A DNA stretch of 64,000 bases from positions 3,017 to 67,016 of IMG/VR virus record IMGVR_UViG_3300027805_000011; one strand, written 5' to 3'. The notes under the pieces were generated by a model. It was not told the DNA's origin, did no database searches, and saw only the letters and a program-made list of their open reading frames with translations. Positions 38,001 through 46,137 of this stretch are shown here, piece after piece (the first letter of the stretch is position 1; each line of letters begins with the position of its first letter). The stretch comes from a virus. A program made the position numbers and the translations under genes.

Positions 38001-41000
38001 ACACCAATCCCGAGGGTCGGGCGCGGGCCACAGCCATCCGGGATATCCAGATGTCGCGTGCCGCCAAGTTTGCCGGACGTGCCACCCGGCAGCAGACGGC
38101 CCTAGGGGATGACGCCGTCTTCGATACAGGCGCTTACGCTCTCTACATCAACCTCGATGCGCCGCACCCTAACGGCAGTCCGGTTGGGACCGTTCTCCAT
38201 GAGTTCAACCATGTGGTGCTCGACGCCAAGATCGACGGTCTGATCGAGCTCAATCCGACCGAGCGTGCCGCGCTGGAGCGGCTGCGGGCCGAACGCCGTG
38301 CTGCGGTGATCGAAGCCGCCCGCCGCCTCGACATCGACTTGCCGTCCAACCCGTCAGAGGCCGAGATCGATTCGGCGTCACAACAGATTTACCAGTTGGC
38401 TGAGACCATCACGCCGGAGCAGCTTGACGCCCTAGGAATCGACAACGCTCGCGCTCTCGATGCCCTGACCAGCGACCGGGAATTCGCCAACGACATCATC
38501 AGCCGGCCCGACGTGGCCGATCTCCTGGTGAACCTGGGTCGCGGCAAAGCCGGGGGCAAGCCGACCACGCTCCTAGGAGCCATCCGCAAAGCCTGGGACG
38601 CCCTGGTTGAATTGATCTCTGGAGTCAAAGCCGACCCGAACTCGCCGCTGGCGCGGGCTTTCAAGGACAGTTGGACTTTGGTCTACGCCAGCAACGGGGC
38701 AGAAATGGACGACACGTCCTTCACCATGCCCGAGGTGATGCGCTCCGAGCTTGCCGCCGAGATGCAGACCCAAGCCGAGGTCAACGCTTTCATCGAGCGC
38801 GAGCTCGACCGCCGCAATCTGGCCGGAACCGCCGAAGAGCGAAACCGCTTGCTCTCCGAGTTCCGTAAGGAAACCGAACCAGAAGCCCCAGCCCAAGAAG
38901 AGGGGGCGACCGAAGAGGACACCGAGATCGACGAGGAAGAGCAGCTTCGTCTGGCCCGCCAGCGGGTGCTCCGCGCGATGGGTATGGAGGGCCGTGAAGA
39001 CGATCCGGAGGTGTCGGCGTTCGATCCGGATGTAGTCAGTCGCGCCGTCGAAGTCATGTCCGAAAACGAATTCGTGCAGTGGGCGCAGGCCAACGGATTC
39101 CAGTTCCTCGACCCGCGTGCCGTTTACCGGAACACGATTCTGGAGAAAGCGATCCGCGATGCAGGAAAGCCTCCCGTCCCAAAGCAGAAGCAAAAACAGG
39201 CCAAGGCCGAACCCAAGAAAGAGGACGACGACACCGATCCGCCGCCTCCGCCTCCGGGCGGCAAGCCTCCTAGGAAGCCGCCGACGCAAACACCGCCCGG
39301 AAAAAGCCAAGCTCCTCCGACGCCCGCGCCGCCTCCACAACGCAGAGACCGCGGGACTCTCGGCGTAACCCCGCTGACACCCAAAGCCCGCGCCAAAAAA
39401 CTTTTGGATTCGATCCCCGAGGAAAACCGCGGGCAGTTCAAAACTTCGAAAGGTGATGTCCAAGCCGGAACCCGCATCTACAAACGGTCACGGGCCAAGG
39501 ATGGTTCACTGAAAGAAACCCGGTCCGGAGAGGTAAGTCAGTCCGTGCATTTCGTGACGCGGGTCGTAGGCGACAAAGTCTTCACCCTGCCAGCAATCAC
39601 TTTCGATTCAGGTTCGCGATCGGCGCAGTGGAACGACCAGCAGGAATACTCACAAAAAGATTTCCAAGATCTCGTCAAGAAAGGCGACATCGAGGTCGAA
39701 ACCGACCCCGCCCTTCCCGTGGGAAGAAGCGTCTACTCGCCAGAAGAAGGCCGCATGATTTCTGTTATGCCCGCCGCAACGCAGATAGATCCTGACGCCA
39801 CGGCCGGTGCTGCACCCGTCAATGAAAACGCGCCCGATTTTGTTGATGTGCCGCCTAGCGAATCCCGCATCGAAGCCTTCCGTCCAAGAGTCATCGAGCC
39901 GGTGACCAAAAAGACCTACACCGGCGGCACCTACACGATGAAGGGTATCCTGCGTTCAGTCTTCGAGTATCTCGATCCTAGGGCAGGGGATATGTGGCTC
40001 AAGAGCCGGGCGGCGATCAAGGCCGAGGCCAGCCGGGTTGACGATTTGGCGGACATCCTCAAGAAGCAGCTTTCCGAGTTGAAGAAGCAAGGCCAGGAGT
40101 TCTCCTCAGACCTTCTCAACACCGCCCTAGGAAACCTGGAGAACCCGCTGACCACCGATCAGATCAGGGAAATCGAATCTCTTTCCGGTGGCCGGACGAC
40201 TTTCACCGGAGAAGACGGCGAGACTTACACGACCGATCCCGCAGGCGAACTGCGTGACGAGTATCTCCGCGCCAACCGCAACGCTTTCCGTGCCAAGCAA
40301 CGTCTGGCCCTCAAAGAGCTTCCGGAAAACGTGGCCAGCACCATCGCCGAGATGTCGGCGCACATCGAATCGCTTTCCAAGAAACTTCCGAAGGAAGGCA
40401 TTGTCCACGGCGACCTCAAGATCACGGTCGACGAAGCCCTAGGAATTTATCTCAACCGCAGTTACGCAATCTTCGACGATCCGAAGTGGGCGGACAAAGT
40501 GAAGAAGAACGCTCCGGTCATCGCCGCGGCCCGCCGCTATATCAAAAACCAACTGGTCAAAGACAAGGCGAGCGAACTCTTTTCCATCGCGCAGGAAAGC
40601 GGAAGCCCGATCTCCAAGGAGGAGGCTTTGCGGCGAGCCGGTGAGGTCGTCATCGATGACGATGTGGAAACAGCTTTGGAAAGCTACTTGTCGGTCGGGC
40701 TCGACGCGCCGTCGATCGGCATCCTTTCCGGACGCATCCCCGGACAAAAGAATCTTTCGATCCTCTACAACCGCAAAAACATTGCCCCTGAGATTCAAGC
40801 TCTGTGGGGGCGTTACGACGATCCGACGATCAACTACGCCAAGTCCGTCCTCAAGCTGGCCTCATTAGTCTCCAACCACCAGTTCCTCAAGGAGCTCCGC
40901 GCCGAAGGTCTCAAGGAAGGCTGGCTCTGGGATCCCAACTCAAACACCGAAAAGCCGGTTGGGTTCCAGCGCATCGCGAGCGAGAAGAACCGCTCTCTCG

Positions 41001-42853
41001 AACCGCTGGCTGGCATGTATGCCATGCCCGAGTTCCTCCGCGGTTTGGAGACGGTCTTCTCTCCCGACACGCTGGAATCGCACAACTACTTGATGCGCTA
41101 CTTGACCAAAGCCACAGGCATCACGATGGGTATGCAGACGGTCGGTTCCTACGCGGCACAGGTCCGCAACTACTTGGGCAACTTTCTCAAGCTGCTGGCG
41201 ACAGGGAATTTGGGACTGGGCGACATCGCCAATCCCGAATGGCGCAAAAATCTGGCCTTCGCGCACCGCGCCGCCATCGCCGATGTTTTCAAGAGCTACG
41301 GGAAACAGGACCGCAAATTCTGGCGCAACGAGATCGACAAGCTCATTCGGCTCGGGGTCTTCGGCGAGTCGATCACCACCAACCTGATCGACGACTTGGT
41401 CGGCTTGAGCAAAGCGGCGACCGACGGGCAGTTCGACAACAAGTTCAACCAGATCATCGGACGCCCCGCCATGCAGATTGCCAAGCTGGCGCAGGATACC
41501 TATGCGGCTGGCGACAACATCTTCAAGGCGATGATCTTCTTCTCGGAGCGGGCCAAATACGCCAAAGCCATGCCCGAGCTCGACAAGCAAAACGTCGACG
41601 CCGAACTGGGCATCACCGACCTCGACCGCAAGGCCGCGCAGATTTCCCGCGACATTCACTGGACCTACTCGCTGGCTCCGCAGATCGTGCAAGATCTCAA
41701 GCGCGGTCCGGGCGTGTTCATCGCGCCGTTCATCACCTTCACCACCGAAGTCATCCGCACGACGATCAACACTTTCAACCTCGCACGGCAGGAGATTCGC
41801 GACGGGCGGGCCAGCGGCAACCAAGACCTCGAAGCGATCGGTTGGGGGCGCATCCGCGGTCTTACCGCGGCAGCATTGCTGCCCTCGGCGGTCGGCGCTG
41901 GTATCGCGGCTATGTTCGGGAACGACGGCGAAGATGAAGAAAACCTGCGCCGCTTCCTGCCCGACTGGCAGAAGAACAACCAGTTGGTCATGCTCGGTAA
42001 CGAAAACGGGAAGATCAGCTTCATCGACATGTCTTTCCTCGACCCGCACGAGTATTTCAAAAAGCCGCTCAAAGCCTTCTGGCGTTCCCTTACCGACGAT
42101 GACGCCACCGCCACCGAACGGATCAGCGGGTCAGTCATCAGCGCGGTCGGTGAAATACTCAACCCGTTTACTAGCGAGCAGATCTTCGCCGGAGCTATCG
42201 CCGACGTGGCCCGCAACCGCGACGAGGCCGGACGCCAAGTCTGGAACCCGCAGGACACCGCCGCCCGCAAAGGTATGGCTGTGGCCAACCACATCTTCAT
42301 TCAACCGTTTATGCCCGGCACCGGACGAAGCCTCGGACGTATCGGAGCCGCGGCGCTCGGCTGGCAGGGAGACACAGGGCGGGCTTACAGCCTACCCAAT
42401 GAACTGGCCAGCATGTTCCTAGGACAGCGCATCAGCCAAGTGGACGTCAATCAGGCCCTAGGGTTCTCGGTCAACCGTTTCCTCCGCGGTCAGCGGGACG
42501 CCTCGACCTTATTCACAAGAGAGTTCACCAGTGAGGGAACCCGCTCCCCCGCTGGGATTGTGTCGTCCTATGACCGGGCCAATGAAGCTCACCTCTCCCT
42601 GGTCTCGCAGATGCGGAAAGACTACAAAGCGGCCCTAGGGCTGGGCGGCATGACCGTGGACTCGACCCGCCGGAAGATGAAAGAGGCCGGCATGGGTAAG
42701 GAGAGTATCAAAGAAGTAACCACCGGCATCTTCACGCCCTACCAAGCCAGCAAAGAAATGGTCGATAGCGTCCGCCGCCGCGGTCTCAACGACCGGATCA
42801 ACGCCTACGAACAGGCTCGCGACATGGTCCCGCAGCGAGAAGTCCTGCAATAA
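32006..42853 (+). CDS. Giant internal virion protein (large polyvalent-type) with zincin HExxH motif
   Basis: 3615 aa. Gly-rich membrane-like helices at about 32.3-33.3 kb, VLHEFNH at 38198-38212, Pro-rich linker at about 39230-39340, LPD38-like C-terminus (inferred). Confidence 0.7.
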   Translation: MAIRDTINLLTEDEPLELLDTFRSRRESFDEPATLDLASDPEAEAQDFADMPQEPVEMPPDETERAERRRQAMDEFYSDPTNIEGLQENDDELPGEGVGLARFRPSAGEEYGIGLRRGGKQLQGLAGGFIGLVSDALGIEAGADWGLEQYRSAMEEAAESEAFITDPFEQIDGIGDAGLYAAGLLGEQTYQLMSSVLGAGIGYGVGRSIANRVIANEIGKRTAAGLTKEAAEKAVRDEVTENALRVASIPVSEKGFSKGGAITGAYLTNFGMISGGTYGQIEEETGLRDPGTAAAFSAGGAALDTLGEVFLASKFLKPFSRGVEAKPGISLPAKPRTVGGVARSAGLGALTGGAVEGGVEGAQTGIEQAAVGAADPDQTIGERLAAPGASRERAIAAAAGFTVGGALGGPGGVLEALAPKTAQKIRDKGTQENQEQEQPAPSELPGDWSETITVGGLPMRYSEAIDQWAVVNPPENFPNTTNLADGTRVYLVPERTSSGQALSQAARARLSALRGENVEGIEDFTEDEQQEEEGEETELTPFSANTPVLFKPFDGDTQLKAIVRGYDADGNAEIDVFDPENVLGAPEGKARTNLAPWWSEKSGLTQPERTQPENVGEIETARGGLSIGPRIVARREVVSKDQLGRLALDAEAQLTDEQRQRQETLKAELLARRAKPGLDVSDDESSVDAEQEQIDEAQQRDRGESEAFINSLDPGTPVSVIRFNPEGRTTLGRNDGQRFEDAFFLRRLSNGNALFQLRPVRRADQRTSEVPPKGGSREQLEPGVEFQGASPRKEFVAERTANMIELKPSEFNLVTFRGLPTSRPANPIDDQINDIVAALGGNPSGQELAAALGTIYEGPGFPTRSFFRDGVATGNNPGIGIRWRNKRDGSPEKVGQSYGIFGLRWMGEEGTAGRPEKVEMPQIPRKQRQGEDRAAAAERYGREMGTYKNTLDGLALNTLRQMDRGLVVEVEGGFEVERMLRDPLRTFELEQIPDTRRATYQEPSKSGRSTVTRTRPRRFRVTAVRWRGNIARQGKNPLDFSISAALDPLSPEAESRARQQLKETGETDYRPSQVAGTQRGLGILKDIYRFDLRRREQSETAQGTSQTSLTRLLQQSRMTDAQLREAGKTREQVEKELADLGTAIVERPDVGIGKLREFAQRTQSGRYEFVATSEARLRAIELSGGREPNKAQLDRAIDETLAAENLTRDEVITALTEFDKSVEFLASLDPDARNVVEKLLTDVDNYVNASRQVPTRTPGTARADILDLALVRAKNTRLRDIRMAIERAKKKGGRPIQNLSVRDRGNIMRLYLEALDEIRAERADKRVQAEETKIYGGTRGRSDQIQQLLAEAREAGIQDAATILDRKTPIDKARRLIAEARRGMRRTERSVAPGAGQAQRLMRDIENVVERGGVSGVPDAKSVFERMEALVESGAIPQAKKDLVRTNLLNETQANLEKDFKEAKARVIKKLENDQSRYRDEPARDVFPREKTSKSGKSIAAKRVPARRVLTVPTAQIRAEYDYLENIPKVFGDLLKKNPFFTVVDAVRSAARSLESQQRLGRAESMPQGEPAPAQSQQELLEETNRPDRFGMDAPNFARREYWRRVEDLDNVFGNGARALLFRGFGLTESGKRAVTQGKANQFYRAFLEMTETGKLSPKTLRRWSARKNFPAGDRARFIRILDYLIDPNQYGRRTAQPAARAVGASTQPLTVAQPGVAGDPRTQRGVAPRPDSGPITRGLSAEQLMAGTGESRPEGSARQDGVGGPVGAGGTAASGPGTVRDGAAGGVRGPGIRVASQPRTIRTLSRAATRRLVGLAGRSAGLTDAELAAIPDEEIRRAYVALMTTADQTATLAGRNAIGQSPVPMAERFTQTGEQLLTAAAKENADYMANKQRVDRLRQNIGLALRARAFGNPSEFFKAVAADNQQPANLRMLAKEFLKLQGRGLDIDGVALQVGAFGRNFNSDPITEKEIKSKIRLKDGVYTVSTSAGKVTHSGTPDTNPEGRARATAIRDIQMSRAAKFAGRATRQQTALGDDAVFDTGAYALYINLDAPHPNGSPVGTVLHEFNHVVLDAKIDGLIELNPTERAALERLRAERRAAVIEAARRLDIDLPSNPSEAEIDSASQQIYQLAETITPEQLDALGIDNARALDALTSDREFANDIISRPDVADLLVNLGRGKAGGKPTTLLGAIRKAWDALVELISGVKADPNSPLARAFKDSWTLVYASNGAEMDDTSFTMPEVMRSELAAEMQTQAEVNAFIERELDRRNLAGTAEERNRLLSEFRKETEPEAPAQEEGATEEDTEIDEEEQLRLARQRVLRAMGMEGREDDPEVSAFDPDVVSRAVEVMSENEFVQWAQANGFQFLDPRAVYRNTILEKAIRDAGKPPVPKQKQKQAKAEPKKEDDDTDPPPPPPGGKPPRKPPTQTPPGKSQAPPTPAPPPQRRDRGTLGVTPLTPKARAKKLLDSIPEENRGQFKTSKGDVQAGTRIYKRSRAKDGSLKETRSGEVSQSVHFVTRVVGDKVFTLPAITFDSGSRSAQWNDQQEYSQKDFQDLVKKGDIEVETDPALPVGRSVYSPEEGRMISVMPAATQIDPDATAGAAPVNENAPDFVDVPPSESRIEAFRPRVIEPVTKKTYTGGTYTMKGILRSVFEYLDPRAGDMWLKSRAAIKAEASRVDDLADILKKQLSELKKQGQEFSSDLLNTALGNLENPLTTDQIREIESLSGGRTTFTGEDGETYTTDPAGELRDEYLRANRNAFRAKQRLALKELPENVASTIAEMSAHIESLSKKLPKEGIVHGDLKITVDEALGIYLNRSYAIFDDPKWADKVKKNAPVIAAARRYIKNQLVKDKASELFSIAQESGSPISKEEALRRAGEVVIDDDVETALESYLSVGLDAPSIGILSGRIPGQKNLSILYNRKNIAPEIQALWGRYDDPTINYAKSVLKLASLVSNHQFLKELRAEGLKEGWLWDPNSNTEKPVGFQRIASEKNRSLEPLAGMYAMPEFLRGLETVFSPDTLESHNYLMRYLTKATGITMGMQTVGSYAAQVRNYLGNFLKLLATGNLGLGDIANPEWRKNLAFAHRAAIADVFKSYGKQDRKFWRNEIDKLIRLGVFGESITTNLIDDLVGLSKAATDGQFDNKFNQIIGRPAMQIAKLAQDTYAAGDNIFKAMIFFSERAKYAKAMPELDKQNVDAELGITDLDRKAAQISRDIHWTYSLAPQIVQDLKRGPGVFIAPFITFTTEVIRTTINTFNLARQEIRDGRASGNQDLEAIGWGRIRGLTAAALLPSAVGAGIAAMFGNDGEDEENLRRFLPDWQKNNQLVMLGNENGKISFIDMSFLDPHEYFKKPLKAFWRSLTDDDATATERISGSVISAVGEILNPFTSEQIFAGAIADVARNRDEAGRQVWNPQDTAARKGMAVANHIFIQPFMPGTGRSLGRIGAAALGWQGDTGRAYSLPNELASMFLGQRISQVDVNQALGFSVNRFLRGQRDASTLFTREFTSEGTRSPAGIVSSYDRANEAHLSLVSQMRKDYKAALGLGGMTVDSTRRKMKEAGMGKESIKEVTTGIFTPYQASKEMVDSVRRRGLNDRINAYEQARDMVPQREVLQ
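37077..37475 (+). CDS. Candidate nested (overprinted) acidic protein in an alternative frame of the giant gene
   Basis: 132 aa, with an AT-rich start context and a protein-like Leu/Glu/Asp pattern. The host frame becomes Gly/Arg/Ala-rich low complexity over this span. Confidence 0.5.
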   Translation: MDAEQPNQRPAQSEPQRNPSPSPNRESQEILGPNGESPLDPIVAPLLAAYLLNNSWPELASRVPKDLLDRMGSGDQLALGELLQADPELFETEPLEAFEDLAFESLLNPERSELSPEQLPDDSSDSPDEVPV

Positions 42854-42857
42854 CATT

Positions 42858-43451
42858 ATGATAGTGAAAGACCCGAGCGTCATGCCTCCGGGGGGTTGGC
42901 GCTACATCCAGCCCGAGACGGGCTTCGAGTTCTCGGCCTCGACCCTGCGTGCGGTTGTTCAGAAAGTAACCGAGCATCGCAAAGCCAATGGGCTGACCCT
43001 AGGGGATCCTAGGGCGGACATAGAAGACTTCGTCTGTGCCCAGCTTCCGGCCGGCAGCGCCGACTGCACCCACGTCATCGACGGGGACTACGCTCTCAAG
43101 TCGCACTTCACAATGGAGGACGTGAAGCGGTTCATCCAAGCGGCCATCTCGGCACTCGGCTCCCGTGGGCTCGTCGATCAAGCCGAAGCCGAACGCCGTG
43201 CCGCGATCTGTGCCGCATGTCCCCTCAACACGACCGTTGGCGGATGCTGGCGGTGCAAGGGGTTAGCCGATTGGCTCTTCAAGCTGATCGGTGCGCGGAA
43301 CACGGCACACGCTGGACGGCTTAATCAGTGCGGTGTGTGCGGCTGTTCGATCAAGGCGAAGATCTGGCTCCCGCTTGATGTGGCGCAAGGAGTCAGTGAA
43401 GGATATAAATTCCCATCCTGGTGCTGGCTCAATGGAAACGGTTCGGAATAA
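42858..43451 (+). CDS. Cys-rich putative zinc-binding protein with N-terminal VMPPGGW motif
   Basis: CAACPLN, CWRC, CGVCGC and a terminal CW. Confidence 0.65.
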   Translation: MIVKDPSVMPPGGWRYIQPETGFEFSASTLRAVVQKVTEHRKANGLTLGDPRADIEDFVCAQLPAGSADCTHVIDGDYALKSHFTMEDVKRFIQAAISALGSRGLVDQAEAERRAAICAACPLNTTVGGCWRCKGLADWLFKLIGARNTAHAGRLNQCGVCGCSIKAKIWLPLDVAQGVSEGYKFPSWCWLNGNGSE

Positions 43452-43734
43452 TTATCTTGGACTCTTCCGCTGGTTCCTCCGGAAGCTCTTCCCCCTTCAT
43501 CTTCGCGACCTCCCGCTGGAGAGCGCGATTGACCTGATTGGAAAGGGTGACCGAGGAATTGATCGCGTTAAGAAGAAGCGTCTGCTGAAAGAAGACTTGC
43601 TCAAGTAGGGCGTCTCCTTCGGACATACCTTCCTTCTCAGCGGCCTCGTGTTTCTTGCCGAGGTAAGTGGCGACAGCTTTCAGGCTGTGGCTGTGGATGG
43701 GGGCATCGATGGGCTGTGTGGTTTCTTCGTTCAT
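43429..43734 (-). CDS. Hypothetical protein
   Basis: ATG 43734 overlaps the methyltransferase stop. Confidence 0.6.
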   Translation of the reverse strand: MNEETTQPIDAPIHSHSLKAVATYLGKKHEAAEKEGMSEGDALLEQVFFQQTLLLNAINSSVTLSNQVNRALQREVAKMKGEELPEEPAEESKIIIPNRFH

Positions 43735-44237
43735 AAATCTTTCTCCAAGACAATCGCCCACGAGTAGTCGGCGAAGTCTTCCTCGGCCAAGACCTTGGCG
43801 CGGATGTTGCCGGTCTTCAGCACGCGCTTCTTGAAGGTCTTGAGTGAGTAGTCGGCTTCTTTATGGGCGGCGTTGAGTCCTTGTCCGGTGGCCGCGCAGT
43901 GGGCCTCGAAACGCTGCTGGTCGGGGGCCAAGATAAGCAAACGCCCGCCCGGCTTGAGAACGCGGAGCCATTCTTTGACCGCGATGATCTGGTCGGCGTA
44001 GGTGAAGTCTTCGATCAGGTGCGAGGCGTAGACCCAGTCGAGGGTGCTGGGCTTGAAAGGCAGCTTGCGGGCGTCACCCCCCAAGTGCTGCGGGGCCGAG
44101 CCGACCGAGGTGTAGGGCTGGGTCATGTCGAAACAGATGGCATGTGGCACGAGCGGGTCGCCGCCATAGCCCAAGTCGATGCCGTAGCCCTGCGTATACG
44201 GCAGGAACCAATCGCGGTGTTTGCTTGTTTCACTCAT
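43731..44237 (-). CDS. Class I SAM-dependent methyltransferase (small-molecule or glycan type)
   Basis: GIDLGYGG (motif I), GDARKLPF, YASHLIED and RVLKPGG. Confidence 0.82.
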   Translation of the reverse strand: MSETSKHRDWFLPYTQGYGIDLGYGGDPLVPHAICFDMTQPYTSVGSAPQHLGGDARKLPFKPSTLDWVYASHLIEDFTYADQIIAVKEWLRVLKPGGRLLILAPDQQRFEAHCAATGQGLNAAHKEADYSLKTFKKRVLKTGNIRAKVLAEEDFADYSWAIVLEKDL

Positions 44238-44830
44238 AATACTTGCTTGAGGATCTCCAAGCGGCGCTCGTTTTCGAGGGCGGGCAGATGGAGGATGAGA
44301 TCCCCTTTCTGCCAGTGAGCTTCTTCGGCTCCAGGGTATTCGTAAGCCCCCGGCCAATAGGAATTCATGGTGCGTTGGGCGCGGATGTCGAGGAGGCGGT
44401 CATACGGTGGATGCGAGGTCAGCCAACGGATCGCTGTTTGCTCGGGGTTGATTAGGTTGGCAACCAACTGCCGGCCGTAGCCGGAAAGGGCAAAGAAGAA
44501 CTGGCGGGTGAGGAGGCTATTGGCGATGAACATGACCCCGGCATTGGGACCGTGGACATCACAAGTCAAAGCGAGCGACGAGGATCTGGGTTCGCACTTG
44601 GCCGGATTGGTTACCGCGGCATCGGCATCGAGCCAACAGACCAAGCGGTGACCGCGCTCCAAGTATTCACGGATCATCGCGACCTTGGCCCAGAGACACC
44701 CTTCCTGCGGCACGGTGCGTGCTTCATGGTGCATGGACCATGTTTCAGCGAGCCGTGCATGGGTCGGCACGGTCAGGGCTGCGACCTCGGACATGTTCTC
44801 CGAGTAGCAAGTGATGACGGCGGGATTCAT
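44234..44830 (-). CDS. GT34 (GMA12/MNN10-like) glycosyltransferase
   Basis: WAKVAMIRE, WLDADA (DxD motif), NAGVMFI, EQTAI, GDLILHL. Confidence 0.75.
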   Translation of the reverse strand: MNPAVITCYSENMSEVAALTVPTHARLAETWSMHHEARTVPQEGCLWAKVAMIREYLERGHRLVCWLDADAAVTNPAKCEPRSSSLALTCDVHGPNAGVMFIANSLLTRQFFFALSGYGRQLVANLINPEQTAIRWLTSHPPYDRLLDIRAQRTMNSYWPGAYEYPGAEEAHWQKGDLILHLPALENERRLEILKQVL

Positions 44831-45066
44831 CTCACCCAATCCTCCGGTATCTCCACATCCCAATCGCGCCCGTCCATCGGGTTGCCGTAAATGCGAATGT
44901 CTTCGGAGAAGAAATGTTTCACGATTCCGGTGTGTTGCAGCCGGACGACCCAGACCGAATTCACGCCGGTTCCAGTCGATACGATTCCGTAATCGACAAA
45001 AAGAAATGCATCGCCCTGTCCAAGCGGGGTATGAACGGAGATCGGCGCTTTGAACTCGTGGATCAT
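44827..45066 (-). CDS. Hypothetical protein
   Basis: 79 aa, coupled to its neighbours. Confidence 0.65.
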   Translation of the reverse strand: MIHEFKAPISVHTPLGQGDAFLFVDYGIVSTGTGVNSVWVVRLQHTGIVKHFFSEDIRIYGNPMDGRDWDVEIPEDWVR

Positions 45067-45182
45067 AGAACGCCCAAGAACCGCAACGCGCCGAGGGTCG
45101 CCCAGATAATGCCGCCCCAGAAGATGAAGTTGAACATCGCCAATAGCGCGAGGAACACGCCGACCTTAAGGAAGGTGCTCAT
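45063..45182 (-). CDS. Small membrane peptide
   Basis: 39 aa hydrophobic (MSTFLKVGVFLALL...). Confidence 0.5.
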   Translation of the reverse strand: MSTFLKVGVFLALLAMFNFIFWGGIIWATLGALRFLGVL

Positions 45183-45430
45183 TAGTCCCAATGCCGCTGC
45201 GTTCCGGTGAGTTGTCCGGACATCATCCGTTCGAGCACGGCTTCCACGTCCCAAGGGTAGGGGCCGCGGGCGTAGCACGTTTGGACCCCGAAGTAGTCGC
45301 TGAACTTTTCACGGTCCAAGCCTCCATCGATCACCTTTTCATCGAGATCGGTCCATGTGACATGCTCCACCGGATCTTCGATCACGGTCATCCCGAGTTG
45401 GGCGATGCGCGGGTATTCGGTGGTCACCAT
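45182..45430 (-). CDS. Hypothetical protein
   Basis: 82 aa from ATG 45430. Confidence 0.55.
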   Translation of the reverse strand: MVTTEYPRIAQLGMTVIEDPVEHVTWTDLDEKVIDGGLDREKFSDYFGVQTCYARGPYPWDVEAVLERMMSGQLTGTQRHWD

Positions 45431-45690
45431 AAATCTTTGCAGGCCCAATACCCTGCGGTGGATTTATCCTTCTTGGCCGCGCAGTTGTGGCGGCTTCGGA
45501 AGTTGGCGCGGCGTTTCGGGTTCTTGTGCTTGGTAAAGTCCGACATCGAGGAGTCCCCGAAGTGGACGACCTTCGCCGTTCCCGCCTTCTTGCCCGGCAC
45601 AAAGACCGACTTCTTCTTCGCGGCCGGAGTGATGCCGGCCATCTTGCGCGGCTTGTAGAGCGTGACCTTCTTGCCTTTGTAGGTAGCCAT
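45424..45690 (-). CDS. Small basic protein with the FGD..M...RR.NFR.RH.C...YW.C motif
   Basis: 88 aa, Lys/Arg-rich. The motif is familiar from aquatic phages. Confidence 0.7.
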   Translation of the reverse strand: MATYKGKKVTLYKPRKMAGITPAAKKKSVFVPGKKAGTAKVVHFGDSSMSDFTKHKNPKRRANFRSRHNCAAKKDKSTAGYWACKDLW

Positions 45691-45692
45691 GA

Positions 45693-45830
45693 TTACCTCC
45701 GCTTCTTCGCTGCGAATCCGCCACGCTTGGACTTCATCTTCGCGTAGGTCTTCGGTTCGATGGTTGACTTCGACTTAGGACGGGACGTGCCCGCCTTCCG
45801 GCGTTTGTTTATGTTTTCGTATAGGCTCAT
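45693..45830 (-). CDS. Very small basic protein
   Basis: 45 aa, MSLYENINKRRKAGTSRPKSKSTI... Confidence 0.6.
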   Translation of the reverse strand: MSLYENINKRRKAGTSRPKSKSTIEPKTYAKMKSKRGGFAAKKRR

Positions 45831-45913
45831 AGGAAATATTTGAAGAAGACGATTGTGGCGAAAGCGGCCCAGCCGATGAGCAGACCCGTCGCCATGTCGC
45901 GTGGTTCTAACAT
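45827..45913 (-). CDS. Tiny membrane peptide
   Basis: 28 aa hydrophobic, coupled to its neighbours. Confidence 0.4.
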   Translation of the reverse strand: MLEPRDMATGLLIGWAAFATIVFFKYFL

Positions 45914-46137
45914 CGCACCAGTTCCCTGATCTCCTTGTCGTAGCGGTCGAGCATCGCCCCGCACATGCCGGACGCCTCGTCGTGACTGCCGATGGAATGA
46001 AAGCCGCAGAGGATGCGGATCTCCTCGTGGACATCCGTGTATCGGTCGTAGAGTTCGATGAACCTCATCTTCCAAGCAACGTCGCCGTCACTCTCCTCCT
46101 TGGTCAGTTTTCTTCTTGTTCGCTTTTTTGGTGGCAT
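45907..46137 (-). CDS. Hypothetical protein
   Basis: 76 aa from ATG 46137. Confidence 0.5.
   Translation of the reverse strand: MPPKKRTRRKLTKEESDGDVAWKMRFIELYDRYTDVHEEIRILCGFHSIGSHDEASGMCGAMLDRYDKEIRELVRC

Noticed and set aside
32006-42853. Virion RNA polymerase within the giant protein
   Set aside because: No convincing multisubunit-type DxDxD or complete T7/N4-type motif set. The DEAGR and FDGD strings appear without supporting context.
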